A DNA stretch of 63,975 nt, the filler included, from Octopus bimaculoides (lineage: Eukaryota), in assembly GCF_001194135.2 (NCBI RefSeq). It is 9 parts of 8 records of this genome, joined end to end, with 100 filler letters (N's around TTAATTAATTAA, not from the genome) between each part and the next. Parts side by side here need not be neighbours in the genome. Positions count along the whole stretch, not along the records: positions 30,539 to 36,996 come from NC_069009.1; positions 37,097 to 49,332 come from NC_068998.1; 7 more parts are not named here. One strand, 5' to 3'. The stretch's first letter is position 1. Each line of letters opens with the position of its first letter. A program made the position numbers and the translations under genes. Under the pieces are notes generated by a model that searched no databases, had not been told where the DNA came from, and saw only the letters and a list, made by a program, of their open reading frames with translations. Shown here in pieces: positions 34,475-49,432 of the stretch.

Positions 34475-35940
34475 TGTTTTGGTCATTAGACTGTGGCCAT
34501 GCTGGGGCAGTGCCTAGAAGATTTTTGGTCAAATGAATCAGCCCCAGTATTTATTCTTTCAGTCTTTTTTGCCATACCACAAAGTTACAGAGATGTTGTG
34601 AAGCAGAGGTAGGAGACAAACACAAGCACATAGAAACACACACATACATGACAAGCTTCTTTCAGTTTCTGTCCACCAAATCCACTCACAAGTGTTTGGT
34701 CAGTCTTAAGGTTATAGTAGAAGACACTTGCCCAAGGTGCAAGCTGGACTGAAACCAAAACCATGTAGTTGGGAAGCAAACTTCTTACTGAACAGCCATG
34801 CCTGCACCAAATATACTTATAACACCAACAGTATGCATCTTTATAAAGCTTTAGTGTATCAAACTAAGATATTTGTAAAAGAAAGAAATATTCTTTTATT
34901 CTTTTATTTGTTTCAGTCATTTTGACTTGCAGCCATGCTGGAGCACCACCTTTAGTTGAACAAAAAGACCACAGAACTTATTCTTTGTAAGCCTAGTACT
35001 TATTCTATCTATCTCTTTTGCTGAACTACTAAGTTATGGGGATGTAAACACATCAATATTGGTTGTCAAGTGACGGTGAGAGGACAAACACAGACACACA
35101 AACATATACATACACACAGAGTTTCCGTCTACCAAATCCACTCACAAGGCTTTGGTTGGCCTGAGGCTATAGCAGAACACACTTGCTCAAGGTGATATAT
35201 AGAGCTTAGAAATCTCTTTAAGAGTTGACTCATTCAACATATGTATACATTCAGAAAAAACAATACCTCACTTACATCTTATCCAAATCCATTCAGAAGT
35301 TAAAGAATAATGTTATAAAATCGATAGATCCATTATAGAACAAGCATCTCTCAACAATTATGGTCACAGAAGAGGTAATCCCTGTCTTTCAGAGAGGTAA
35401 AACATTCTGTTAAAAAATTTAACAAAAGATTGATGTATCGAGATATTTATTAAAAATATCCAACTTTCAACTGGCTAAAATTTTTTATTTCTTACACAAT
35501 GCATTCTACATACTCTGAAAGGTGGCTTAATAAATTACAAAAATTATTCATAAATTTACCAACACCTCATTAAAGATGGCTGCCTTCCAAGATTGTGTAT
35601 CTTTTATCTTTTACTTGTTTATCTTTTATCTTTTACTTGTGCCCCACATGAAGAAGTTTTAGTTAAATGAATCAATCTCAGACCATTTTTTAAGCCTGGT
35701 ACTTATTCTATTGGTCTCTTGCCAAACAACTAAATTATGGTGATGTAAACACAGATAGAAAGACACATGCACACAGATAAATATATATATATATATCATG
35801 GGCTTCTTTCAGTTTCCATCTACCAAATCCATTCACAAGGTTTGGTTGGCCCGAGGCTATATCAGAATACATTTGCCCAAAGTGCTTATGCAGTGGGACT
35901 GAACCTGGAGCCATGTGGTTGGGAAGCAAACTTCTTACCT
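34475..35940 (-). mobile_element. Cluster of three CORE-type SINE copies (~34475-34803, ~34900-35195, ~35625-35940)
   Basis: Repeated ttctttcagtttc..ccaaatcca(c/t)tcacaag..cacttgcccaa blocks. Confidence 0.75.
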
Positions 35941-36004
35941 CATTAACCATTCTTTTATCTGATGTTTGTGTATATAGATGTATATATAGGTGCAGGACCA
36001 AAGA

Positions 36005-36996
36005 CTTGAAGTATTTCGTGTTGCAAGACAGTGAGTGAGAGAGAATCGTGATGTCATGGGAGAGAAATGTGTTAGCATGGATGATGGTATGCTTGCTCTA
36101 AACGAGGCTGCAAAGAAAGAGGTTTGGAGACGCCACTACAAAATATTGCTCAATAAAGAGAATGAATGGGAGAAAGAGGGTCTGCCGGATGTTGACTCAA
36201 CAGAGGGACCAGCTATCCGAATTGACAATACCATGGTAGATAAAGCAATTAAGACTATGAAGACAGGGAAAGCCCCCGGCCCATCAGGAATCACTGCAAA
36301 GATGCTCAAAATATCTGGTAGTGTCGGCTATAGCCTAGTGACCCATATTGTTAACCAGGTGATACACAAAGGAGTCATACCCGATGACTGGTGTAGCAGC
36401 ACCATAGTCAACTGTGACAAGGGTAAAGGGGACACTTTAGATACAAATAATTACAGAGGTATCAAGTTGTTAGATCAGGTTATGAAAGTCACAGAGAGGG
36501 TCATAGCCCAACTAATTAGGGTGTGAGTCAGTTTAGATGAGATTCAGTTTTGGTTCATGCCAGAGAAAAGCACCACTGATGCTATATTTCTGGTAAGACA
36601 GCTGCAAGAGAAAAACCTCTGTACCTGACTTTCGTTGACATGGAGAAAGACTTTGACAGGGTCCCCCGATCCCTTATCTGGTGGTCAATGAGGAAACTAG
36701 GGATAGAAGAATGGTTAGTGAGAGCTGTGCAAGCCGTGTACAGAGACGCTGTCAGTAAGGTGAGGGTTGGCAATGAGTACAGTGAAGAATTCCAGGTAGA
36801 GGTAGGGGTCCACTAAGGTTCTGTCCTCAGGCCCTCCTATTTATCATAGTCCTCCAGGCGATAACAGAGGAATTCAAGACAGGATGCCCCTGGGAGCTCC
36901 TCTATGCTGATGACCTTGCATTAATTGCTGAGTCACTATCAGAACTAGAAGAGAAGTTTCAGGTGTGGAATCAAGGACTAGAATCGAAGGGCCTTA
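36005..36996 (+). pseudogene. RTE-clade reverse transcriptase fragment (inactivated)
   Basis: KAPGPSGI, KGKGD..NYRGIKLL, QF.FMP..STTDAIFLVRQLQEK, FVDMEKDFDRVPR and LYADDL motifs; in-frame stops (e.g. 36524) and frameshifts; truncated at the scaffold end. Confidence 0.92.
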
Positions 36997-37096
36997 NNNN
37001 NNNNNNNNNNNNNNNNNNNNNNNNNNNNNNNNNNNNNNNNTTAATTAATTAANNNNNNNNNNNNNNNNNNNNNNNNNNNNNNNNNNNNNNNNNNNN
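36997..37096. other. Artificial scaffold linker 4
   Basis: 44 N + TTAATTAATTAA (37041-37052) + 44 N. Confidence 0.97.
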
Positions 37097-37109
37097 TATA
37101 TACAGAGAG

Positions 37110-37470
37110 AGGTGTGGCATAGCTGTGTGGTAAGAAATTAGTTTTCGAACCACATAGTTCCAGGATCAGCCCCGTGAGCAAGTGTGTTCTACTTCAGCCC
37201 TAAGCTGACCAAAGCCTTGTGAGTAGATTTGGTGGACAGAAACTGAAAGAAGCCCATCATACATGTGTATGTATCTATGTGTGTGTTTGTGTTTGTTCCC
37301 CAGTGATGTTTGACACATGGTGTTGGTTTATTTACATCCCTGCAACTTAGTAGTTTGGCAAAATGTGACCAATAGAATAAGTACCACGCTTAAAAAGAAA
37401 ATAAGTAATGTGGAGTCAATTCGTTTGACCACATCCTTCAAGGTCATGCTTGGCTTGGTCACTGGGCAAT
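37110..37470 (+). mobile_element. CORE-type SINE, near full length, degenerate
   Basis: Head ggcatagctgtgtggtaag through tail ...ggctgaaacaaataaaag. Confidence 0.75.
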
Positions 37471-37691
37471 GGCTGAAACAAATAAAAGATATATATNNNN
37501 NNNNNNNNNNNNNNNNNNNNNNNNNNNNNNNNNNNNNNNNNNNNNNNNNNNNNNNNNNNNNNNNNNNNNNNNNNNNNNNNNNNNNNNNNNNNNNNNNNNN
37601 NNNNNNNNNNNNNNNNNNNNNNNNNNNNNNNNNNNNNNNNNNNNNNNNNNNNNNNNNNNNNNNNNNNNNNNNNNNNNNNNNNNNNNNNNNN

Positions 37692-37722
<31 letters not shown>

Positions 37723-40700
37723 TATATATGCATATATATGTGTGTGTGTGTGTGTAAATGATAGAATCTCCCAGCAAAGATGGTATATGAGCATTTAGTT
37801 ATTGCTGAAGAACCTGCACAAATGATTTGTTTCATAGTGATCAAATATATGTGCTGTACATTAGCTCACTTGCTCCATTAAGTCAACATTGCTTGCACAG
37901 GTGCACAAGTGTGCCACATGTCAGATGCTGATATGATCACAGAACAACATGAAATGAACTGTTTTGCTCAGAAGCACAATGCATCACCCAGTCCCCAAAC
38001 CTAACCCATGATCTAGCAATCATGAATGCCACACCCTAACCACTAGGCCACACATATACATACATGTCCATGTGTATTTGTGTATGTATTAAGGTTTCCT
38101 TCAATAAAAATATAAAATGCATGTCTGTTTTACTAGATTCAATTAAGCTGTATAATCCATTTATAGTAGCAAAGCATCTTCAAGTCATATTTAGCATTCA
38201 TTTATACTAGAATCATTAAGAGAAAGCTCAAGTTGGATTTGAAGCTCTATTGAATCAAATGAGTTTAGAAATAAACAAATTGTATTTATAAATGATATGA
38301 AATTCTATGTCTTAATTCATAGTTGTTATTCTAAGACAGCAGCCATTTTTGCTTTGTTTAAAAGAAAAATCAAACACAAAATCCGCCCTCCTATACAAAG
38401 ACTGTATCAACAGATTAGCCAGTAATTACTCTGTTATTGATGCACGTAGAATATTGTAAATTTACTGTTTGTTTGCTTTCTTTAGATACAAATACCATTA
38501 CTGAAAGAAAAATAAGAAACCTTTTATGTAAAGTCAGTTTACCAACATATCTCAATTGTCTCAATTTCTCAATTGTTGTCATTTCAAAGACGAGTATTTG
38601 CTAAGTCACACAAATATTTAGTAAAAGAATTTACAAATACCTACAAATAATTCCAATGACCTCGTTCATTTGTGCTTGTTTTTGTGATGAAAGGAGCAAA
38701 AGTGTAGATAAGTTATAATAACTTCACCATAATTTTAATGTCAGCTTTTCCATGCTCGCATGGGTGAGGTGGTATCTTTTGAGATTGAGTTTTCTATGGT
38801 CAGATGCCCTTCCTGTTGCCAACTCACAATTGTTTCCGAGTATGGTAATATGTACCTGGGATTAGGAATGGTTTCATGGGAGTTTTGACATGAAGAACAC
38901 TCCTTGCATGACAGGGACACTTGTTTACAACAATTATATAATGTCGATGCAAGGATACAGTGACACACATACGTACCTGCACACACACATATACATACAT
39001 GTACAAAGACAGACAGATGGATGGTAGACAGACATGATATGCTTTTTTCAGACTCTGCCTACCAAGTCCTCTCTGCAATTCTTTGGTCAACCCAGAGCTA
39101 TAATAGAAGACACTTGTCCAAGATTCCACACAGCTGGACTAAACGCTAAGCCGATGTGGTTGGCAAACAAACTTCTTATCAAAGAGCCATACCTGCACCT
39201 AGTTACAATTTATGAATAAAGCTGTGGTGGTTGTTGTTGATGTTTTTTAGTCACAGAGTAACTTTTATTGCAAAGAACTATAATCAAATATAAAGCACAA
39301 CCTTATTGTTTTATATTGTTGCTTATTTTCATGTTTCAGACTTGTGTATCGAGGAATCACATTATTCATGAATCTTTTTTTTTTTTAAGGTGCTATGGTT
39401 TGATTGGAAGAAAATTTAGCTGCTATCTTTAGCAGGTCTAGTTATCACATACATGTTCCCACACTCATGACCCAGCAATGTAATGCTAAATCTTCTGTAA
39501 AATTACTGCAATATGTTAAGGTTAAGGACCCTCACACTTTATTTCAATTTTGTTTCCCTCCTGATTGTCAAAAATAGTTTCAGCTCAACCTTTAATTGCT
39601 TTATTAGTAATAGAAAGGAAAAGGTTTCTAACATACCACAACAAAATTAAGTGCTATTACATCAACGACCGAAACATCCTACCCATGCAATGAAGGAAAA
39701 TATATGTAAAACTTTACTGTTTATTTTTGTAGCTTGTTGAATCTCATGGCTCATTAATCTAATATTTTACCCATTGTTAGTTTCCATTTTCAACACATTA
39801 GGTTTCACCACTTTCCACTTCAATTCTTGATTTCTTTTTAAATATATATTGTGTTTTTCTTTCTAAAACTAATAGCACACATATACACATACACACATAT
39901 TGACACATACACACATATTGACACACTCACATATATGAATACATGTATTTATGCATAAAGACATACATGCTTACATACATACACGTAATATATATACATA
40001 TGCTTATATACAAACATGCACACACACACACACATATAATGTTTGTATGTATGCATGTATGTATGTATGTAGGACTGCATGTATATATATATATATATAT
40101 ATATATAATACAAAGAATATATATACATGTATACACACATATATGTACATACTTACATCTACATGTGTATATATATGCATATCAGGGTACAGGACGTTAG
40201 AACAATGAACTACAGACAACGGAACAAACACATAGGAAAACGGAAAGCCACTTGGAATGTATGTATGTATGTAAGCATGTATGACTGCATGTATGAATAC
40301 ATGTGTGTGTATGTATGTATATATATATATATATATATATATNNNNNNNNNNNNNNNNNNNNNNNNNNNNNNNNNTATATAGAGAGAGAGAGAGAGAGAG
40401 AATATAGAGTGTGGTTTTCCTATTATTTTCATCTTCCTTGCTCCCATTATCAAACTGCTATTGTATGTCTAAATTTTTTAAAGTTAAATTATTAGGAATA
40501 AAGGAATAAATGTGTTAATAGATTTAATGCATGAAGCAATAAACAGATTACGAAACATGAATATGAGGGAATATAAAAGACCATTACTAGTAAATGATTG
40601 ATGTTATTTGTATTTTCTGGCAAATACAAGAAGCAAACCCAGATATATTGTAACTGTCTTATTCTGACCTCATCAGTGAAGCATAGAGCTCAGTGATGCT

Positions 40701-41578
40701 GGTAAACTTGTGAAGGATGAATCACTAAGTAAATAGAAAGCATTGTGCATTTATCAGAATAGGAAAATAAAATTCTTTAGAGATTAAATAATTCTGCAGC
40801 ACCATTCACAGGAAAAACAACAGGTAAGCTACAGTAAATATATTTTATACATGAAGGAATGGACTTGAAATAGATATGTTGTGAGTGGGAAATAAATGAT
40901 TTTAGGTAATAACTAAATATATTTGAGTATTGTTTAAAAACTTACTCTGCACTAGTCCTTATCGAATTGAAAATAATGTTTGATAGAAACCATTAACTTT
41001 TCCATGGTTAACACACATACACTCACATCCTATCAATGCAGCCATCTGCAGATCTGTAATATTCTACAATAAACAACTGTTTCTTATTGACAAAAAAACT
41101 TAGTAAGCCAACCAATGGCTAACTATGAGTTTAGTCTCCCTAGAAAGGATGTCAACTTATCGTAAATAATGCTCCCAGGAAGATCTGGTTTTTATAATTC
41201 ACAGCAGCATAAAATGACTTTAATGGAAACAGGCATTGTTGTTTAGCCCTAGGTCAGTCTTGACTGAGTAAACCTATGTATGATCCAGAGCGTTCTAGAA
41301 ATGATCATTGCATAATGTATCTTGGACAACATTACTCGATGTAGCCTTTAAAAAAAAAAATGGAAGTATGTGATTTAAGGAACATTTGGCTGACTGTTTT
41401 AGCATTTCAGACAACTATGTAGAAGTTTACCTCTTTAGCTCAAAAGCATTCACTCAAACTTGAATTATAACAAAATGCTTCCTGGAGTGGATGAGCTGAT
41501 GTTGTGTGAGCTGGTAGTCCCATACTTAGCTGTTGCACATTTGTATTTTATACAGATATGCATATTAATATGAGTATT

Positions 41579-41809
41579 AAAGCGGTGAGCTGGCAGAAAC
41601 GCTAGCATGCTGGGCGAAATGCTTATTGGTATTTTGTCTGTCACTACGTTCTGAGTTCAAATTCCGCCGTGGTCAACTTTGCCTTTCATCCTTTTGGGGT
41701 CAATAAATTAAGTACCAGTTACGCATTGGGGTCAATGTAATCGACAATCCCTTTGTCTGTCCTTGTTTGTCCCCTCTATGTTTAGCCCCTTGTGAGCAAT
41801 AAAGAAATA
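41579..41809 (+). mobile_element. Meta-like SINE (tail type a), full length
   Basis: Reverse complement of the 8941-9173 copy. Confidence 0.8.
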
Positions 41810-43485
41810 CGATATAAATATTAGTGCTGAAGAAAGGGTATTGTTACATAGCGAAGTAAATGCTAACACACTTAATATAGTGAGTACCCTAACTTTAATT
41901 AAGTAAGGCTATACCTGTATAGAGGAGAGGCAAACATTGTCAAACAGTGTTTAAATAAACCAAAAGAATGGCAAGGGAAACAACTCAAAATCAGAAGGAG
42001 TAAAAACTTTTGAAATGAATCAACACACCAAATTTCCAATGAATTACAGCTGGAAATAAGAAATAAGTATTCTGGTGAATGAACAAAATTCAATAGTGTG
42101 TCAATTTAAGAATGTTACAAACAACAGCAAAAATAATTCAATACAACCTAATGAGAGAGAGCTTTGATGTAGTGACACCACTTGATCACCAATATAACTT
42201 CAATAAATTGTCTTCTGAAATTAAATTCCAGATCATGCCAACCAGCGACAAAGATATTAAGTAGTTGTACAACTTGCTTTATGTAACAACAAAATCTCTT
42301 GCACAATTCTCTTCATTTCTTAGAAACCCAAGCCAAGAAAGTCAGTGAAGGTGCTTCCATGCTGTTTTAAAAGTTAACTAATTTAAACTATAAACTTCTT
42401 ACTGTTTTTAAAGTGTGCTTTAAAATACTAATTATAAATATGTCTTAAATCCTTAAATATGCTTCAAAACTAAAATCTTCAAACATTGTGTTCCTCAATT
42501 TTTACATAGTGTTAATTTTATCAAAACACTTTCTTTAGTTATCTACAAGTATGCTACAGGCCCATTGAGTTAAGGCTGAGCAGTGTTATTCAATATTAGC
42601 AACAATGCATAACAACAGGGCCCCAAATTGCACTGTAGTAATGTTTCATGTTGCTAATTTTCAAGTCAATCAAGATATATAAATGCACCGATATATTAGC
42701 ATACCGGCATTCCCGTGTACTTGCGCTCTAAGAAACAACTATATCTCTGAAAGTACTATATCAATTTCATATTACACAAATAACCAAGGTATATTAATTC
42801 CCTCATACTCTAATGTAGTGAAGTATTAATAAGGCATTATAAGCTCTTGGTAAGCAACATCTGCAGCACAGGTTCAATTCCCAGTAAATCCATTAACATT
42901 TTTTTCATTATAACTTTACTCAGTGTTCTAGAAAAGATGAACCCTGATAAGTTTACTTCCTCTTAACACATTACAAAGAGATATTTTCCTCTGGATTTCA
43001 TGTAATATTGCACAACCATACTTATGTACCAAGTTCTAAACAGCATTGCACTGATTGGAACTACTTAGTAATATAACTGCATTTCATTTGTGCAGAGTTC
43101 TAATTGAAATAATTGTTTTACCACATTTCATAATACCATCATTGTTATTTCCAGTATCAAAGTACCAGCTTCAAATTGCTCTTGGGAAATTTGTCTAGTG
43201 AAGATAAAGTTTTAGTTTGGAGACTAAAGAATTAATAGTTCATTTAGTATATTATTTTGGTCTATTATATTGGTCTGTTATCTTGTTATTTGGTCTACAT
43301 TGTCTATAAATATTTATATCCAGCACTCACTGGCTCAAGTGTACTCATCTGTATGTAAGTACGAGGAGTATAACTGACAAATGCTTCTAAGTGACTGCAT
43401 GAAAATGAAACCGTTAAGGATGTTCTAACTCTCAAATATACTTTGGTGACTCAATTTGCTATGATAATTATTGTCTGTTACTTCA

Positions 43486-43630
43486 AACCTTTAGCATTCA
43501 GATTACTCTGTCAAATGTAATATTTATTTATTCACTTTGTTTCTAATGAATATTACATTATCTTGTAGATTTAAAAATTTCATGGTGTGACTTAATTTTT
43601 TAGAATGACATTGTAGGGGAGGTGTGAAAG
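43486..43630. mobile_element. Partial piggyBac-like MITE (same family as 1445-2027)
   Basis: aacctttagcattcagattactctgtcaaat matches the reverse complement of 1995-2025. Confidence 0.6.
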
Positions 43631-46600
43631 GCTGTTGATGTATGATGTCATGTGAGACTTTTTATAATGATTGGTCTAGTCATGTCTTCAAAATCATTTG
43701 ATCCTGGATTCAGTTTCATTGCCTAATGCTTTAAAGAAGCGTCTGTTACAATAGCCTTGATTTTTTCCCCCAAGACTTGTAAGTGCACTTTGGTATACTG
43801 AAACTGTAAGAGCCTGCTGTGTTTGAATGTTTGTGTGTATGTGCGTGTGTGCATATAAATACACACACACAACTATGTATATGTATGGAGGAAGCAGTGA
43901 AGGTACAATCAATGCAAACAAAAATAATGTGTACTATTTGGTTCCAACCTAGTTACTTCCCTTTATGCTTAGGTGATTTTTTGCTTTTCCTTCCTTTCAA
44001 AAGGGTCAACAAAATGCTTAGATCTGACACAATCAACAAAAACTGTTGATATGCTTTAGCATGGCCACTGACTGAAACCAGTAACAGAATAAAAGAATGA
44101 GGATATGTTTGATATTTCTCTGTTTAATGATATATTTGTGAAATGAATATAACACATTGTGTATTTCAAGCAACATACTCAAACTGCAAATATAGTGTTT
44201 CCAAATAGTAACAGTATCTGGACACTTGGCTATTGATGTGATAGCAAACACACCAACAGTACATCTAATGATGAAGTTTCTGATCCAAAAGCATTCACAA
44301 CACAATTCAAAAATTTTGTCCAGCAACAAGGCTTTGTCTACACTTGTTATTTAACTTAATTCCATTTTTATCTCTCTACCTACCTAACTACCTGCCTACC
44401 AACCAGCAGCCAGCCAGTCTACCAGCAGCCAGCTAGCTTGGTTGTTGATTTATCCATCTATTTACACATCTCTCTTTCTAGCTCTTCATCTATCTATCTG
44501 CTAAAATGTTCACGCTTTCTATCACCTCACCTATCAATATGTTTAATGATTAAAATCTAAACCAGCATTTTGTCATACTATTCTGACAAATTTTCTGATT
44601 TAATAATAACAAATTTTCATACTGCTTTAAACCACAATTAACTACAAAAACACCATAGATTTCTTCCTGTTTAATATAGTACATAGTTATTAGACCAGGA
44701 ATGGAAGACTTGATCTTTCTCTCACTTTAACACCCTTGGGTGCATTTAGAGGTGTCTATTTTGTTGCACACATTTGAGTGAAATCTCTGGTATGAAGATA
44801 TTTCTGTATCTTAGAGTGTTGCTCTCAACGACAGCAGCCATTAGTCACAGTGCTGTGCTTCCTCCTCTGTCTTAGCTATAAGGATACATAGGAAAAAAAA
44901 AACAATATTGTAATATAATTCAAAGAGTACATAATAGACTATTTTCAGGCCTCCAAATTACATTTTAATATTAATTTTTAACTCAACCAAAATATATGGA
45001 AAGCCATAATGAGCCCTTTTGGTCAGGTATTCAGAGCATATAAACACTGTTTCAAAAAATCTGACATGGTAACTGTATATAATAATGATTTGGTATCAGG
45101 TATTAAACTAGTTATTATCTGTGACCCACAGGAGAGCAATGTAATGTGAATCTCAGAGAATCTAAAAGTAGCAATTGGAAGAAATTTGGCTTATTTTACT
45201 TGGCACTCAAACTTGCAAAAAAAAATATTATTTCTCTGTTGACTGTCTCTATGGCATGTCCTTAATAACAATCAAGATTGTGGCAGACTGCTTCAAACAT
45301 TAAGTGATCAATCATGTGTGGGTTAAGTGATCAATAGCTTATTTAAACCATTTCTCTATCTCTCATTATAAATAGCATGGTTCATTTAATGCACATAACG
45401 ACACATTTACACATATGAGAGTGCATGCAGACCAACATACACACATGCACATCAGCTCATTCACATTAATATGTTTAATGCACATTTGAAATATTATTTA
45501 TACCTGAGGTATTTGGTAAGTGTGGTTACTTTCTGCTTGGAAGTTTTGAGACTGTTCTAGAACTAATGATTGACTTAAGTTCTTCTTATATATTATATTT
45601 CTGACCATATGCAATTGTGAGATCTCAATAGGAAGGATATTCAGATAAATGCTAAACTTTGAAGCATCAGCCCAACCAAGTTAGACGTAAAATGAAAAGA
45701 GAGAGAGAGAGAGAGAGAGATAGAAAGAGAGAGAGAGAAAGGAGTAAGTGGACAAACAAATGAAAGTGGCACTCAGCACATTTGGTAGGAGTTAATAAGT
45801 TTCACTCAGCTCATTTGGAGATCTCAAATCTTTCAGATCAGCTCTGATTAAGCAGACCTATGTTCAAAGATATTCTAGTCATGAACAGGTCATCTCTATT
45901 CAGATAAGAAATACTTAAAACTACTTTATCCATTGTGTCTTCTACTTTTTAAGGTAATAGTGTATGATCTGAGGAAGATTTGATTGTTATTTCTAGCAGA
46001 TTGAATGACCATATCGGGTTTGTAGGTATACAACACTTAATATACTATCTTTTAGTTTTAAACTTTAATGTCCAGACTTCCCTCAATGAAGTTAACCGTA
46101 TATGTGTGGTGCCAATTAGAGAACCAGAATTTTCATTGGATTTCTTTCATTTTTTCTTGTTCTTTATCCCCAGATTAGCTCTAGTTAAGCAGACCTCTGA
46201 ACAAAACTATTGCAGTAGTAATCATATTTTTTATAGTTTTCCTAGACATGGTGTGCCTAAGATTATTTTAGACAGTATGTCCTTTTTCTTAAGATGGTAA
46301 GGTCTGATTTGAGAGAAATTTGGTTATTATTTCTAGTAAGTTCAGTAACCATGTAGAGGTTCCTCTCATTGGATCCTGCTTCCTCGATGTCATGTTTTTT
46401 GTTTCAATTCTCAATGGGTGAGGTGGGACGAAGACTGAAGTTTATTTACCTGCATGAGGTACATTTTAAGTAGACTAACTTGATACACATTGACCCTTAC
46501 ATGGAACTGACAATTAAAACCAAAATCTGTTCTGGTTCCTATTAATGAGAGTGAATTTTGGACTATCTGTCTGTTGACTTCATACAGATCTAAGAGGTAT

Positions 46601-47036
46601 CTGAGCTCGAATCTGCATCTTATAAAACAAATGTTAATTTTCCACTCAAATTTAACTGAAAGAATACAGCACCAGATTAAATGTCTCTAAAGAGTAATTC
46701 CTTGCATCCAGCTATGTTTGGGGTTCATTACCAGCTAGGGTTAACATTCTGTGTTATTCCTCTAGTGTTCTTTTGTCTTTTGCCCTATCCTTGTTTCAGT
46801 CTTTAGACTGAGCCTATGCTGGGGTACCACCTAGAATAAATTTTAGTTGAATGTATTAACCTCAGTACTTATGCTTTTTAGAGGCTGGTACTTACTCTAT
46901 CAGTTGCTTTTGGTGAACCGCTAAGCTACAAGGACATAAACACACCAGCACCAGGTGACAAGCAGTGGAGGATGCGGCATGTACACACACACACACACAC
47001 ACTCACACACATGCATATATGTATATATATGTATAT

Positions 47037-47112
47037 ATAACGATAGATAGATAGATAGATGGATAGATAGGTAGGTAGGTAGGTTGGTCGGTCGGTCGGT
47101 CGGTCGGTCGGT

Positions 47113-47158
<46 letters not shown>

Positions 47159-47336
47159 ATAGATAGATAGATAGATAGNNNNNNNNNNNNNNNNNNNNNN
47201 NNNNNNATGTATATATATGTATATATAACGATAGATAGATAGATAGATGGATAGATAGGTAGGTAGGTAGGTTGGTCGGTCGGTCGGTCGGTCGGTCGGT
47301 AGGCAGGCAGGCAGGCAGGCAGGTAGGCAGGCAGGC

Positions 47337-47380
<44 letters not shown>
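47037..47380. repeat. Duplicated compound tetranucleotide ladder (GATA)(GGTA)(GGTC)(GGCA)(GATA)
   Basis: Two copies with different unit counts flank a short N gap. Confidence 0.9.
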
Positions 47381-48716
47381 GGGCTTCTTTTCAGTTTCCA
47401 TCTATCAAATCCACTTGCAAGGCTCTGGTTGGCCTGAAACTACAGTAGAAGACCATTGCCCAAGGTGTCACACAGCTACACTTGCACCTAGTGCTATTAA
47501 TATAAATTTAGTTATCCACTCAATTTAATCTATTGGGTATGCATTAAGCATTTTTTTCTTACCCATCAATGTTTCTCAAATCTGCCAGTATTCCTGTTCA
47601 TTTTCTCTTCATTCTTACCTTACCATTCTTCCCAATAACACTTCTTTCTCTTTATTGTCTTGCTCTCCTCCTGCTGTCTTATTCCTCACCATTAAATTTA
47701 TTTCTCGCTCTCACTATCTCTCCCATCTGTTTTATCAAACGCTGCAACTCTAGCAATTCAACTCTTTATGACAAAAGGTTCTGTCCAAAATGTTAGACAT
47801 CTTTTCTTCCTCAAGGCACAAGTAATTTATTCCACTTGTCAATATTTTGTCCTTGCTACTGGCATGCACAACTACTTGTTTCCTTGGAGTCTACTGTTTC
47901 CCTTCAATCTCCTACAGTTTATTCTTCCCTTGAAAATACATAGCTTTGTAACAATAGTAGAGATAAATTATGCACAGGTAGAGATACGACAGTGTGTTTA
48001 AAGTGTTTACTTTGCAAATGTGTATTTTGGGCTTCAGTTGCACGCCATATCTTGCACTGATACCTTCTACAATAATCTTGTGGGTAAAATTCTTAAACAT
48101 AAGCTATACAGGAGTCTGTTTTGTGCATGTTTGTTGTGAAGGTGTGTGGCTTAGTGGTTAGCACCAGCTCATGATCATAAGGTCATGAGTTGGGAAACTG
48201 GTGGCCCATTGTGTCCTTGAGCAAGACACTTTATTTCACATTGTTCTAGTCCCCACAGCTGGCTAAATTGAGTAGTACCTGTATTTCCTGTGCTTGTACC
48301 TGTTTCCTATCTGTCTTTATATTGGCATCAAGTGAAAAATGATGCTGTATGTTTATATCTTATAACTTAGCATTGCAACAAAGAGAGAGTGATAACATAA
48401 GTGTCAGACTTAAAAATAAGTGCCAATGTAAATATATACAATTGACTAATTAATTACATAGCAATTAACAGGTACACACCAGTTACCAGGATTGTGTTTA
48501 ATATGTTAGTTGATCTATCCGGTTGTGTTAGATTGCTAAACTCAAAGGGTATTTAAGCAGTGTGTTTGTGGATGGTTGATGGTTTGGATGTGATACTAAT
48601 GAAAGAGCAATTACTCTCGAAATATGCAGATACACCCATCACCTGTTCTTTCTATTTTCAAGCATATTATTTATGTATATGTATTCATTTACGAAACATT
48701 GTAACTTGTAGTGCTG

Positions 48717-48881
48717 TCTCTATAGGAAATCTATAGAGATAAACTTAAAAGATAGACAACTAAAAAGTGTATGAAGTGCCCTTGCATGGTCATATTTTAA
48801 TGACTCAGACAAGGTAAAGGATGAAACAATAAGCACCCATAGAGGTACTAGTCAGGTTGGATATCAACCTGACTAGCACCT
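48717..48881. repeat. Two short hairpins (48717-48739; 48843-48881)
   Basis: TCTCTATAG-gaaat-CTATAGAGA (9 bp); AGGTACTAGTCAGGTTG-gatat-CAACCTGACTAGCACCT (16/17 bp). Confidence 0.85.
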
Positions 48882-49288
48882 GAGCTAGTGACAGAATATC
48901 ATTCCATAGAAACTCTTATGTAATCGCCAGGACACTGAATGCTATATGTCCAGAAAAATAAAGGGGTTTCTGACTTCTGTTGATATCTAATTCAATAAAA
49001 CTTCTAAATATAAGGCACTCTTCTAGGCTTCCAGTTTATTTGCAGTTCACCAAATTCTCATATAACATCCAGACTATTTTGAAAATCCCCAACAGACTCA
49101 GATTAATTGAATATTTCACTGTCCACTTGTCATGCACAATATACTACTGCTTCATTCTTTCCAATGTATCTTTGATATCAGTTTCAACAAAGTCTTAAAT
49201 ATCCACCACCTACATTCTAATTAACTATATTGCAACTTGCATCACGTCTATATCCATATTTAACTTATATATGGATATACATGAGTGC

Positions 49289-49332
<44 letters not shown>

Positions 49333-49432
49333 NNNNNNNNNNNNNNNNNNNNNNNNNNNNNNNNNNNNNNNNNNNNTTAATTAATTAANNNNNNNNNNNN
49401 NNNNNNNNNNNNNNNNNNNNNNNNNNNNNNNN
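49333..49432. other. Artificial scaffold linker 5
   Basis: 44 N + TTAATTAATTAA (49377-49388) + 44 N. Confidence 0.97.

Noticed and set aside
44033-44329. 98-aa ORF in non-repetitive sequence
   Set aside because: No domain, splice or compositional support.
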